A DNA stretch of 40,152 bases. Origin: Trypethelium eluteriae (taxonomy: Eukaryota). The stretch spans positions 1 through 40,152 of the forward strand of contig JAVECL010000171.1 of NCBI GenBank assembly GCA_051942245.1, read 5' to 3'. Of the stretch, positions 1-11,830 are shown in pieces (position 1 is the first letter of the stretch; every line of letters begins with the position of its first letter). The position numbers and the translations under genes were made by a program. The notes beneath the pieces were generated by a model. The model was not told the DNA's origin and ran no database searches. It saw nothing but the letters and a program-made list of their open reading frames with translations.

Positions 1-1993
1 CTGGTTATTATAATGCTCTTAAAGGATCTGTTTAAAGGGAGTAAGGTTTTGCTTTTATATAGAAGTTAATAACTTTCCCTGAGTATTATATAAATAATTA
101 AGATTAGTAAAAGATTTTTAAAAGAATTAAAGCTAAAGTTACTTAATTTTCTAAAACTGTATAACTCCCTTCTAAGTTAAATTGCCCTTTTTATTTTTTA
201 AAAATATTATACAAACTGTAAGAGACAAAAAGCAGGCTGCTTAATAATAAGAAGAAATATTAAATTTTTCTTAATATTATTCTAATTTTAAAAGCGCGCA
301 TTGTATTTAAGCATAAATTTGCTTTAGAAGCTTTAATTTCTAAAATAATTAATTAGTATATTTTGCATAAGGTTAAATATAATTATACAATATACATTAA
401 TTCCTTTAAGCTACTTATAAAGCACTTTAATACTTTTATAGACTCTTTAAAGTGTTGTATAATTTCCTTAAAGATATAATGTAGCCTATTTAAACATTCT
501 AAGATGTTAATAAACTGTATAAAGATAATTCCAATCTTCTAGAATAAGAATATCTCTTTTATCTAATAAATTAGTATTATAATACTTACCCATATATGCT
601 ATAAGCGCCTCTTTAACTTATTGCTCTTCAGCAACTTAAAGCATATTAAACCAGCTATTCCATCTTATATAATTATTAAGAGGGATTCTCCAACCAGCTT
701 TTAAAATAAATTCTGTTGTATAAGGAGTAAATGCACGGATATAGACAACAAAATTGTAAAGTTTGCCCATTACTCCTATTTAAATACATAATTTATTTTG
801 CCTTTCTTTTAATATCTTCTTATCTAGCTGCTTATCCAAAAGCTCTTCTTAATTATACAAAGCCATATCATCTTTATCATCTTTATTATTAAAGAGATAT
901 ACTTATACAACAAAATTTAGAATATGGCCTTAGCAGCAAATATAATTTTAAGTAGCTATTTAATTAATTTAGTAAGTTTTAAAGAAGTATATTAATATTG
1001 TACAACAAAGAGTATTATTTATAGCTGCATTATTGCTAATAATTATGCTAATTAACTTCATATAGCCATATTCTTTAAGGACCGGAAGTAAGACTAACTA
1101 CTAAGCTTCGCCGCTATGGCCTAATATTATATAGAGACTAATTAAATAAGTATAAAATTAATTAGTATAATTAATATAGCTTACATAGATAGCTAAAAAA
1201 AGGTAGTTATTTGGAGATATCTAAATATTAATAACTAAATAGATTTGCGTTTTTGCAGACTGGATTAATCTTTATATAATATCTTTTAATTCTAAAAAAG
1301 ACTCTTAAACTTTTTTCTTTATTATATTATAAGAGTAAGGAAGTTTAACCCAGGGATTAAGTGTAAAAATAAATTTATGTAATACATCCTATTTAATAAG
1401 TTAAAAAAAAAGGCCGCATATAATAAGCAGATTAAGAAATGCTATTATTATAAGTGTAATATTTATCATACAAGAGTATATATATCGCTCAAATTTAGCC
1501 GCTTCTCCTTTTGTACAAAGCTTTTTATAGTCCGCTTTTAATTGATCGGTTGAAGTTAAAGCTATTAAGTATAATATTATACAAAATTAATTAATCCCAA
1601 CTTCTAGGTAATATTTCCAAATATAACCTTATAATCCACTGGTTAATAAAAAAAACTTTTTATTGCAATATTTGTAATAATAAAGTAATGCTTTTTTAAG
1701 TCTCTCTGGTTTATTTAGCTTTTTTGTATGACAATAAATATGGATATCTGACCTATATTAAGCTTCAGACTCAGTACTCTTAATATTAGCAGTAAAGAAA
1801 AATTCTTCAGTCTAAATAAATGCCATAACTATAGCTTATTTTATGCGAAGAGTCTTATTTCACAAAGAATTTCTAAAATTTAGCTATTTGTGTGGGGGCT
1901 AGCGTATCGTACGATAGTATCGTTATCGTACCGTATCGTACGATAAAAATACCGCCGATACTATCGGCGATAATCGTACCGTTGCCCAGTCTG
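1..1993 (-). mobile_element. RIP-degraded hAT-superfamily DNA transposon (transposase pseudogene plus one terminus), running off the left edge
   Basis: Very AT-rich with many TAA/TAG stops. Minus-strand translation retains decayed hAT motifs in the right order: NI*ISPN (DIWTSPN, ~1210-1232), ISNNAAINN (SDNA, ~1015-1045), CC*GHILNFVV* (CxxH, ~905-940), GVMGKLYNFVVYIR (~735-778), NNYIRWNSWFNML (DNxTRWNSW, ~640-680). The terminus reads CAGACTGGGCAAC on the minus strand (1993-1981). Confidence 0.85.
1903..1980. repeat. Subterminal TATCG/CGATA short-repeat and palindrome array of the hAT element
   Basis: Many TATCG/CGATA copies in both orientations, including the TATCGTACGATA palindrome twice, immediately inside the putative TIR. 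Confidence 0.7.
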
Positions 1994-2166
1994 ATTAAGT
2001 GAAGGGTGAACGGCGCACGGACGAAAGTTGTTCCATGCCCATGTCATACATTTAGATACTCTATCGTATGATAAATTTTCATCAACGTTCTCGTATCGTA
2101 ACAGCATCTTATCACCTAGGTACATGGGCACTCCCTCTCGAATAGCGATTCATCCCTCCTCATCAG

Positions 2167-3035
2167 CTACGCGGCACCTCCATCCAGCCCTACAACTTTG
2201 CCGTTGATCCACTCGCTCTCTTTCGAAGCCAAGAAGCACACCACCCGCGCAATATCGATGGGGTAGCCGCAGCGGGTGAGCGGTGAAACCTTCGCGACAA
2301 TCTGCATGCATGCATTAGCAGCGAACACGAAAGTAAGAGGGTTCGAAATGGCTAAGACTTTACATCCAAAATTTGCTCCTCAGTGCAATTCTCTGCGCCC
2401 GGAAGATAGTCTTTGGCTGTCGCGTGGAACATGTCCGTCACAGTAGCTCCTGGTGCCACTGCGTTGACTGTAATTTTCTTGTCGCCGCAGTCTTTGGCGA
2501 GGCAGCGGACGAAAGTGTTGATGGCACCCTTTGATGCTGAATATAGTGAATGTTTGGGTGCGGTGAACGAATCGGCTGTATTGGAACTCATCAAGATGAT
2601 ACGACCGCATGAGTTGAGGCGCTTGTATGCCTCGCGCGCTACGAAGAACTGCCCTCGCGTGTTGATACTAAACACGCGGTCGAACTCCTCCTCCGTCACT
2701 TCGCTTAAGTGACCGAATGAAACAACACCCGAGTTTGAGCATACGATATCCAGGCCGCTGAAGACCTTCACAGCCTCATCAAAGAGCCGCACAATCTGCG
2801 GTACCTCGCTGACATTTGCTTGAACAGCTACAGCATCAGAACCCATTCCTTTGATCTCTTTCACAACACTGTTCGCTGGACCAGATGAGTTGACATAGTT
2901 GACAATGACCTTGGCGCCGCATCGTCCCAGCTCAACGGCCATAGCAGCGCCGATGCCGCGACCAGCACCCGTGACCAATGCGACTTTGCCATCGAGACGG
3001 TATGGTAGATGTGGAACGGTGTCAACAGAACCCAT
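2167..3035 (-). CDS. mdpC: Short-chain reductase, MdpC/AflM(Ver-1)/NsrJ type; exons 3035-2364 and 2301-2167, ~268 aa
   Basis: [32 protein letters not shown] and YSASK motifs of the Ver-1/THN-reductase family. GT-AG intron 2363-2302 restores the C-terminus ...[16 protein letters not shown]. Confidence 0.9.
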
Positions 3036-3191
3036 GTTGGAATCGTGCGATTCGATGAGTCTGACGAGTTGACGAGGAGAAAGCTGAGCCGTATGTAAGT
3101 AGGATTATGTATCTGGAGCTTTCACTTTTTCCTGCCCCCTTTTTCTCCCTTTCCAATCTTGGTCACTGGAGAAACGATCTTCGGGCAACCC

Positions 3192-3202
3192 CGGATTTCG
3201 GA
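3192..3202 (+). promoter_or_regulatory. CGGRNNWCGGA candidate regulator site (mdpC / SnoaL-1 promoter)
   Basis: CGGATTTCGGA; the motif recurs in most cluster promoters. Confidence 0.55.
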
Positions 3203-3377
3203 TCTCCCTACGCCGAAAGCAGCTTGACAGCTCGTGTCGTCCTCCCCACCGGCATCCCCGTCGGGCTCGGAGATGTGATGCCACTGCCTCTCAGTGTATA
3301 TTTCTTCACCATCTCAGCGCATTCCATATCCCGCACAACTCAATCACGTCGGCTCATCACTGAGAAGGGTTGGAAAT

Positions 3378-3912
3378 ATGTCGGCTCCTGCTGATATCCA
3401 AGCAGAAACATTGGCACGATTTCTTAACGCCTGGAAAAAATGGAGCGCCGAAGACTGGCTCAACATCTTTGCGGACGACATCACACAAGTCACCATGCCC
3501 TTCGCTCTAGGCATTCCCTCCAGATCACGAGCAGAGGTTGAACAAACCTTGCCAGCCCTCGTAGCTGCAGTGCAATCATACGAAGTGAGTGATCAAGTCT
3601 TCCCTATTCGAATAGAGGAACAGGGGAAAGAGTCATGAGGGCTGATCAGGACTGACCCAGTCTTAGCTTACCATCCATAATGTTATCCATGATGTCCAGG
3701 CAGGAAAGGCAGCGGTGTACGCATTGTCTAAGGGAAAGCTGCCTTGGGGACCGTGGGAGTTGGAGTATGCTGTCTTCATCACTTTCAACAAAGCAGGAGA
3801 CAAGATAGCCTGTCTAGAAGAGATGCTTGATTCTGCGTTTCTAAAAGATTTCGGTCCCAAGTTTGGGCAGTACTTGCAACAGCTGAGCAACAACTTTAAA
3901 ACAGTATCATAG
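3378..3912 (+). CDS. SnoaL/NTF2-like protein, NsrQ-like paralogue 1; exons 3378-3584 and 3667-3912, ~150 aa
   Basis: Splicing GTGAGT...TCTTAG joins ...VQSYE|LTIHNVIHD...LEEMLDSAF. Clear similarity to the two other paralogues in this window. Confidence 0.8.
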
Positions 3913-3968
3913 CAATGGAGTAGTAGGGAGCTTAAATATACACATCTTGGAGTCTACCATCCCCCCTC

Positions 3969-4464
3969 TCACGTTTGTTCCTGCGACTTCTGCGCCATGT
4001 ACTGCTGGAGCTTGGGCAAGAATTCGTTCATGAAAGCTGAGTCAAACATTTCTTCAATCTTGCTAACTTTTCCCTCCTCGTTGAGCCAAAGAAACACGGC
4101 TTGCTCGTTCTTATACGGCCCGAAGGGTGTGTCGGCTTCGGCCATGGAGTAGAGAGCTGCTTGGCTCTTGGTAGGCTCGTGAACGACGTTGTGGATGGTA
4201 AGCTGCTTCTCCGTTACTCTTCTATCGAACGGATGTGAGGACCATTCATGGGCTTGCCTCGAACTTCGACAGTGTAGACATGAGGATGGGGAATAATTGC
4301 TCCAGTTCCGCCCGCGAGCGAGTCGGCTTTCCGGAGTTGAAAGGTAGCGCTGTCTGCGTGCAATCCGAGGACAAGGTATCAAGAAAAGTACTGGGATTCC
4401 AACTCTTCCAGCCGCTGATGAATTCTTCGATAGACTGCTTTTGGATTTCAGTGGCTGCAGGCAT
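3969..4464 (-). CDS. SnoaL/NTF2-like protein, NsrQ-like paralogue 2; exons 4464-4258 and 4202-3969 with a GC-AG intron
   Basis: ...LSKFE|LTIHNVVHE...IEEMFDSAF. The intron is at the same position as in paralogues 1 and 3 but its donor is AG|GCAAG. Confidence 0.8.
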
Positions 4465-4580
4465 GGTGACATTTGCTTAATGATTGATGGTATGTAAGCA
4501 GTCAGGGGAAACTCTACTATACGAACCAGATAATGTTCTTATGACGGCCTTGGTCAGGCTTGTCGGGATCCCATGAATTA

Positions 4581-4591
4581 CGGAGGTCGGA
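4581..4591 (+). promoter_or_regulatory. CGGRNNWCGGA candidate site (SnoaL-2 / SDR promoter)
   Basis: CGGAGGTCGGA. Confidence 0.55.
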
Positions 4592-4766
4592 ATCCCGCGT
4601 TTCTTTTCGGACCATGTTGTATGCCTGTTATTAACTTTTTCCGACATAGAGACGGCAGTATCGACACGTTGTCAGTGATTCCTCTGCAACCCAGATGCTC
4701 ATTCGCTCGAACTTGTAATCTATCGTAATTTCCACAATTCACTACATTATTGGACACAGCAGAATA

Positions 4767-5624
4767 ATGTCGTTCTTTGAATCTATTCCCCGCCCAGTTA
4801 AGACTTACCATAGTACAACATACGATCGTATTTCTAAGATTCACGGCTTCAATGGCACAGGCAAGACAGTCCTAATCACAGGCGGTGCAACCGGAGTAGG
4901 TTATAGCATCTCGAAAGCGTTCGCCTCCGCCGGTGTTGCGCGCGTCGTCATTGTTTCGCGCACCCCAGGACCTCAGGAGAAAGCTAAAGCCGAGTTGGAA
5001 GCGAGTAATCCCTCGACTCAAGTGATTCTTTACCAGGCTTCCATCACAGATGGTGACCGCATGAGCAACATTCTTCTGGGACTGGGTACAATCGACATAC
5101 TCGTCCTCTGTGCCGCTATCTACCCCCGTCGAGCCCCGGCTACGCAGCTGAGCACGCAAGAAATCTCCGACAGCTTCAGTACCAATGTCATCGCCCCATT
5201 TGCCCTTGCAAAAGAGTACCTTGGGTTGCCACTCCCTACGACTGGACGCAAGACAATCATTCATATTTCTTCGGCTGCCAGCCAGATGCGGGCTCCGCTG
5301 AGATCTGCATATGGTCCAGGTAAAGCTGCCATAACGCAGGTAATGCAGCATCTCGCATTTGAGCATAAAGACGAAGCAAATGTTTTTTCCATTCACCCTG
5401 GGGCGTTTTATACACCTTCGAGTGCGGAGATATACCCTGAAGACTCGATGAAGTGGGAGGATATAGAGCTACCGGGGCATTTTGTGCGTTGGCTAGCAGG
5501 ATCAGAAAGTGGGTTCCTGAGTGGGAGATTTTTATGGGCGCAGTGGGATATTGACGAGTTGGTTGCGTTAAAGGAGAAGTTTCTGGAGAATCAAAGCTTG
5601 TCCACGATCGGCCTGGTGCTTTAG
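4767..5624 (+). CDS. Short-chain dehydrogenase/reductase, probably NsrO-like; 285 aa, intronless
   Basis: TGGATGVG Rossmann motif, YGPGK catalytic YxxxK, HPG and FLSGRFLWAQWD C-terminus. Subtype is inferred from cluster context. Confidence 0.85.
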   Translation: MSFFESIPRPVKTYHSTTYDRISKIHGFNGTGKTVLITGGATGVGYSISKAFASAGVARVVIVSRTPGPQEKAKAELEASNPSTQVILYQASITDGDRMSNILLGLGTIDILVLCAAIYPRRAPATQLSTQEISDSFSTNVIAPFALAKEYLGLPLPTTGRKTIIHISSAASQMRAPLRSAYGPGKAAITQVMQHLAFEHKDEANVFSIHPGAFYTPSSAEIYPEDSMKWEDIELPGHFVRWLAGSESGFLSGRFLWAQWDIDELVALKEKFLENQSLSTIGLVL

Positions 5625-5780
5625 CAAATTCAACGGCAATGCTTTGTCTTAAGATTGGTCCTTTGAGGAATATTTGAAACTTGTTTTTCGAAAGGATATA
5701 ATGTAAGCATGAAAGACAGATCTATTGCCTAGTGCGGTTTTCGGACTACTATCGATTGGTAACAATGCTCGATGCCCGGT

Positions 5781-6704
5781 TCATTTCCTTGTCGCTAGGA
5801 TGATCTTTGCAGGCCAAGAACCCTTGACTTTCTCATTTCCAACCAATTTTTCCACTTCCTGCCACAAATCTGCAAATACTCCGAAATCCCTCCCAAATGG
5901 AAACGATGCAATATGCTCGCGGACACCATTCAGATCTGTCACGAAACTCCACCCTTCCTCCCTCTCGAATACCTCGATGTCGTTCAGTCCTGTATGGATG
6001 GGTTCGTCTATACGCATCTCCGGTGGTAAGGGAGAGATTATGCCACCGTCCGGCATGTTGAGGTTGATTCGTTGCGCACCGGGCAGGAAAAGCGTCTCAT
6101 CAAGAGGTGCTACATTGTAAGGACCCTGTGTCCGAGCCATAGCCACTATCATTCTTTCTGGGTCGTTAACCTGTTGCAAAAGTGCCCGAGCACCAACGTG
6201 GCCGATGCGAGTATAGGTATCTTGTAAGCGAGGGTCGTCGAAGCAAGCAGCTCCAAATACTGCACATGTGAATGTGCCACCAGGTCTCAACTGTTTAGCA
6301 ATAGCCTCCATCGCCAGCTCTTGTTCGCAGAAATGCATCACATTTGTGGCAAATACCATGTCCACACTGCTGTTGGGAATATCACCAGCATCTTCGACAC
6401 GGGCGGTCCGATAGCTGAATCCGTCTGTACCTAGCCGCTCCCTGGCAAGAGCTACGTTGTCTGACACAACATCCGAGATGATGACATGGCGAAACTTGGA
6501 TCGTAGGATAGCAGCATAAGGCCCATTACCAGCGCCAACGTCATGAACGATGTCGAACCTGCCACCATGCTCTTCATGGTAGCGAAAGAACCGTTCGAAG
6601 AAGACGTCCGGAGCCGATGGCCTGCCTTTCAAGTAGTTGTTCCAGAAGGCTTTGCCTCTCGCGAAGACATCCTGTGACAAATTCAAGGGAGTTGCGACGG
6701 TCAT
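5781..6704 (-). CDS. SAM-dependent methyltransferase, NsrG/GedG-like (carboxyl methyl ester formation); ~307 aa
   Basis: VHDVGAGNG SAM motif I, FWNNYLKGRP N-terminus, LRPGGTF. First ATG at 6704. Confidence 0.85.
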   Translation of the reverse strand: MTVATPLNLSQDVFARGKAFWNNYLKGRPSAPDVFFERFFRYHEEHGGRFDIVHDVGAGNGPYAAILRSKFRHVIISDVVSDNVALARERLGTDGFSYRTARVEDAGDIPNSSVDMVFATNVMHFCEQELAMEAIAKQLRPGGTFTCAVFGAACFDDPRLQDTYTRIGHVGARALLQQVNDPERMIVAMARTQGPYNVAPLDETLFLPGAQRINLNMPDGGIISPLPPEMRIDEPIHTGLNDIEVFEREEGWSFVTDLNGVREHIASFPFGRDFGVFADLWQEVEKLVGNEKVKGSWPAKIILATRK

Positions 6705-6949
6705 GCTGTGATTTGGTGGAGACCTTGAGGTGAACGTGAGCAGTGATAGTTTCCTGCAACTTGTCTCCAATTGCGGCACATGTACGCCGGCAGAGGTTGA
6801 TCTCGGTACGGGATTGATCTGAATTTCTTCGGGGTTGAGGACTTCGGAAGTTTCATGTAGTACAGTCGGTTCTCCGATATCGAATATTGATTCTCCCTCG
6901 AATGGAACGTTCCCCGGATGAACCCATAAATTCTCCGCTAGAGCGCTTT

Positions 6950-8462
6950 CTATCCTAGCGATTGATGGTTCTTATTGGAGCCTTTGTATCTAACTTCCAA
7001 GGCTACTGCACGGCTGTTCCGCGATCGAAGCTTATTCACCACAACGAGTCCGCCTCTGCTGTCATGCACACTCTGGACAATTTCTGAAGCCTCGCCGAGC
7101 TCCAAGTCGCATTCATTGGTCAGTTGTTGGCGAGACAAGTCGCGCAATCGCGCCAAGGCTTCTTGGTGCGGATCAACAGATTTTGGTTCGGGCAGAAGCC
7201 GGGGCACTAGGATCAGCGTAGCTGAGCTATTTGCACTCAAAACGTCTAGGTGCGCCTTCAATTCAGCCCGGATCTGTGTTGGAAAGGAGTGCGATGGCGA
7301 ATTGAGGCGAAGAATGTACACCGCGGCATTCTTGACCTGCTGAACAGCTGCGTGCGTCCGCTTTTGTACCAATATCTTATCGTTAGCCTGTCCTGTGGTC
7401 TCGGTATCTGCAGGATCATATTCTTGTGCTATTTCACAGATCTGGACCACAAAGCGAAGCATCGGGTGTTTGATTGCAAGCGCAGAAGCAGGTCGTGTGG
7501 AAGAAGCACAAACCTACATCAGCCATCCAGCGTCAGCCATGGATTGTACGATCGAAAATATAGTTGTGCTTACATCAACTACGCAGGCATTTTTCAGGCT
7601 ATGCCAGTTTAAACGGCTGAGCATTTCGGTAATGCCATCGTTCTGGTCTCCCGTGCACCATTGATAAGCGGACCATTGGCGCTGCAGTTTCGTCTCGCTG
7701 AGGTTGAATGAGACGGTAGGTGCTCTGGAGCCTGCGATCGAGGATGTGGCCGATCCCTTCGCCATTTGTAGAGATGCTGGTACGGCAGTCTCAGCTAGGA
7801 AAATGGTAGCATCCAGGTAGGACAAATTGGTAACGAATGGGGCTGATAAGGCGGTATGCGCAATGTAGCCTGGTTGCGGCTCGAAAAGAAACCCAGCAGT
7901 TGCTGTCATTCGAACGACACGACGCAACTGTGTCTCAGGTACACCCGCTAGGTCAGCTACGTCCTTCGCAGGTACGCCCCCACTGACAGGTATGCTTGCG
8001 AGGATTTGGAATTCGCACAACCATTTTACACATGCGAGGAGCTGGGTCTGTAGATCTCGGTCAGTTGTTGTTTGGCGACGTAAAAAGAGGGAAGGAAGAA
8101 GTAGAGTATGGAGAGCCGCTCTGGGCGCGGCCAGGGGCGTTGACAGAGATCCGCAGCCCCACGTCTGGGCGGAGATGTCTGAGTGGAGACACATGGGTTC
8201 GTCTTACACGGCTTGCGAGACTTTGGATGAGAAAAGTCGGTTCCGCCAATAAGGTTTGCAGGCGACCTGTGATGTTGAGTATGTCGGCCCTTGCGCGATG
8301 GACGTAACCAGGGGCATCGCTGGGAATGGTCTGACGAGGAGGCGACACAGGGTCAAAGCCAGCGCCACCTGCGGTCTCTCGGATATAATCCACAACTGTT
8401 TGAATGGCTGTAGCGAAGTCATTCTTACATGCTTCGAGCTCGCCAAAGCTACTGCTATCCAT
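6950..8462 (-). CDS. mdpA: AflJ/AflS-type transcriptional coactivator with a degenerate O-methyltransferase fold; exons 8462-8208, 8047-7574, 7513-6950, ~430 aa
   Basis: QLLACVKWLCEFQILA, LRRVVRMTATAGFL and HTALSAPFVT motifs. Two GT-AG introns join three ORFs in frame. Divergent from the AflR-like gene. Confidence 0.88.
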
Positions 8463-9286
8463 TGGGATGAGACGGGGGACGAAGATACAGGAGGATAGAC
8501 AACAAAATCAGTGAAGGGTGCGCTGCCGTGGGCTGGGGCAACAGAAGTCTAGTTTATATGCACTCACCATCTCAAGAAGCAGAGAGCCAATTCACAACCC
8601 TAGGCGGCTCGACGGATCAGGACTTGGACTGCGTCCGAATGCGCAATTTTTAATAAACTGCAAGATAACGCATAATGAAGGCGAGCGATCCGCGTATTGC
8701 AGTGGTGGTACACCTGCTCCTGTACATTACAGTATGCATTTGTATAATATTGCTGAAATGCCTCCGCACTTATCTGATGTTGTCTTTCACGTGACTTGCA
8801 CTTGCTTGTATCAGATCATTTCGGAGTGATGGCGGGCCCGCGTGGGCGAGGCGTACCCGGGACTCTGGGCAGCTCATGCCGGGCAAAGTGAAAAAGAATG
8901 AAATGATGCACGTCAGAAGCTGGAATGGTGAGCTGAGTGCGATTGACCAGAAGTGGAGCGCCGGATTACCTACCTAGGTATGGAAGGTACCCAGGTAGCC
9001 CACCAGCAATTACGTGATTGAAACGACGCGCAGGTGAGAAAGCCTTGCCGACGGTGCTATCGATCATATTATCTATCAAATAGCCTTCAAGATATAGTCA
9101 AACGGTTATAAGTTTGCTGAGACATTTTCTGTAGGCCAACATGATTTGAGAGCTTCAGCAATTTTGTCAAATGATTGAATGTGCTGTATATAAATTTTCA
9201 CAATGTCTTCAAATATCAACTCAGAAAGCAGCTGTATTCTTACCCACAGAGCAAGCACTACAGTACGGATGAGGGCTGCGTAGAAA

Positions 9287-9517
9287 TGTGAGGAGTGCGC
9301 AGAGAGGCGGGACGTACGCACCCCTAGAGAGGCGAGACCCCCGTACCTTAGAGAGGCGAGATCTACACGGAGATTGGAGTAGAGATTATACTATATTAGA
9401 TCAGATTAGATCAAGGATCTTTATTATCATCCAAGGTCCTTTCATGCGTGCAGCTGTATATAGTAGCATCCATGACTCCCCAAAGACTAGTGAAACTAGC
9501 TGTAGATAATAGACACA
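9287..9517. mobile_element. Possible solo-LTR-like fragment in the mdpA-mdpE intergenic region
   Basis: Starts TGTGA, ends ACA, and contains three AGAGAGGCG(A/G)GA direct repeats at 9301, 9326 and 9350. No target-site duplication found. Confidence 0.3.
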
Positions 9518-10020
9518 AGCAGTAGCAAGTCGCATTGCTTCATAATTTCCATCCTACGCAGTGAAAATGGTGGAAAAGGTGTAAGACAGTAAATTGTAGC
9601 CCTATTAGTAAATTTGATGAGAGAGGTGAATCTGACGCTATCGAGCCTATCGTATCGCAGTGGGGGTTTTGGCGGATGTTGCGGGAACGGCGAACCCTGG
9701 TTACCTATCGTACTCTATATGGAGAGCATGCTGAGGAGGGTACAGGCAGACATCAAGGCAGGTTGGTGACACAACCAATATTCAGCGCCTACACAACATC
9801 AACTTTCCTATCCCTAGCTTCTGCAGCACCAAAATAGCTTCATGGTGGAGATACTAGCTACCCGATGCAAGGTGGTGGGATACCCACCTCAATTGGCGGG
9901 GAACACGGCGCGCGGACACTAATGTCCTGTGACTGTAACGTAATGGTAAAGCAGACGATGTATGGGAGCTGCCGCTAGCTGGGGTCTAAGATTTATAGCT
10001 GCCAGACTTCTCCAGCTATT

Positions 10021-11468
10021 ATGACAGCAATGCCACCCTGGACCCTCTCCATGTCATCTATTGAGCATAGTACCTCCACATCTCACACACCCAAGCTGCG
10101 GGCCAGCTGTGACGCTTGTGCAGTCTCAAAGGTCAAATGCACAAAGGAGAGGCCAGGTAAGTATCCATATTGCACTCCATATGCGATCGTAACCTTGAAT
10201 AAGGTTTCTCTCTGTATTTGCAATTGCTAATCAAGACTCTGGTTCCAGTTTGTTCCCGATGCACCAAGCGCGGAGTAGTCTGCAAGTATCTTGCGACGAA
10301 GAGGCAGCAGAACGACAACAATGCTGCTGTTTCTGAATCCCCACGACCCACAGTGGGGCAGCGAGAGCCTGCTTCGCTCTCAAACGTCTCCCCACCCAAC
10401 ACTCCTCTGATTTTTGACGACATAATTGCGATCGATGCTTTGAATACTGCAACTATTCCAACCCCGACATACTCCAATCTTCATCTGGACAACTTCCTGA
10501 CGAGTTTTGTCACCGACTCCTTATCTAGCCAAGATGATACCCAAGACCAACTAGCGCAGCCTCCTGATCTTGACACCAATGACTTGCTGTCCAACTCCAA
10601 CGACGATATGATCTCCCTGTTCGCTCCCAAGAGCACGTTTCCCACGGTTGATGATATCATGACTGACATGGCAGTCCTTTCGCAGCCGTCAACTCCGCCT
10701 GCAACCCACGCATCCAGCCTGTTCAGCGAGCGTCGTCTCGACTCGTCACTATCCGATCCGAGCTGCTGCTGCTTGAGGACCGCGCTTGGCTTCGTGCAGC
10801 GACTCTCCCCCAATGCCGCTGCAGCATGCATCCGTTCAGCCGACCGTAGCACCGACGACCAGACATCTAGACCGCTCACCATCGAATCTATCGTTAATCA
10901 AAATGGAGAGATTATCGAATCCATCCGTTCGATACTTCAGTGTCCCTGCTCTCACGATGGCTATGTTCTTACTACTATTTCCCTAGTAGTCCTAAAAATC
11001 ATAAGCTGGTACGCAGCGGTAGCTCGTGGATCGGCTAGCCCATCTGCTTACAACAGCATTGCGGAAATAGGCCATGCAGATACCGTACATCAAAGCCAGT
11101 CATGGCCGACGTCGACCCATTCTAAGCGCATCGTGCCCTTTCCCGTGACCGTGGGCGGCTACTGCATTGACGGGGGCAAGGACTCGCATCGAATGGCCGC
11201 ACAATTGGTGCTGAGCGAGCTGCACCGTGTGCAAGGTCTGGTGAATCTGTTCTCTCAGCGGCTCAAGCATGAGGGAAATGAGACACCGGTGCCGGAGTCT
11301 CCGTTCGATGCAAGATCTAGTGTAACAGGGGACGACTTACATTCCGAGATCGGCAAAGGCACCGATTCGCCTCTTTCACCCGGCATGTCGGATCAACTTG
11401 AGGATAATCTTCGTCGGCGGCTACGTGCCGTCCGGCAGGAACTTGTCGACATGCTGCAGCGTGGGTAA
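10021..11468 (+). CDS. mdpE: AflR-like Zn2Cys6 pathway regulator; exons 10021-10156 and 10249-11468 (start may be 10030 or 10051)
   Basis: Spliced [35 protein letters not shown]. The AflR domain shows ILQCPCSHDGY and RMAAQLVLSELHRVQ. Confidence 0.9.
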
Positions 11469-11830
11469 ACCTGATCTTGATCGTGACATGGGTACCGCCT
11501 GTAAGTCCGGCATTATACCGTGGCGTTGGAGGGTTTTGTTTTGCGGGAGAAGATTGCATCTAAATGATAAACTATGTAGAAACGGACATGTATGCAAGTG
11601 TAGATCTCGTGAGACATCTGCGGATAATACCTAAATCACAAGTAATTGATGGTCGAGCTTTTCTCCGACCGCTTACTCACTAGTCGCTACTAGAAACGGT
11701 ATAGCGTAAGCAATTAAGGGATCGGAAACATTTTCTTGGCTGATCGCCCAACATTACCCATATTTATTTTACAAGCTCTGTTTGATCATGTAACATATCT
11801 GTTGTGTGTATACTGTTGCGAAAGTATCAT

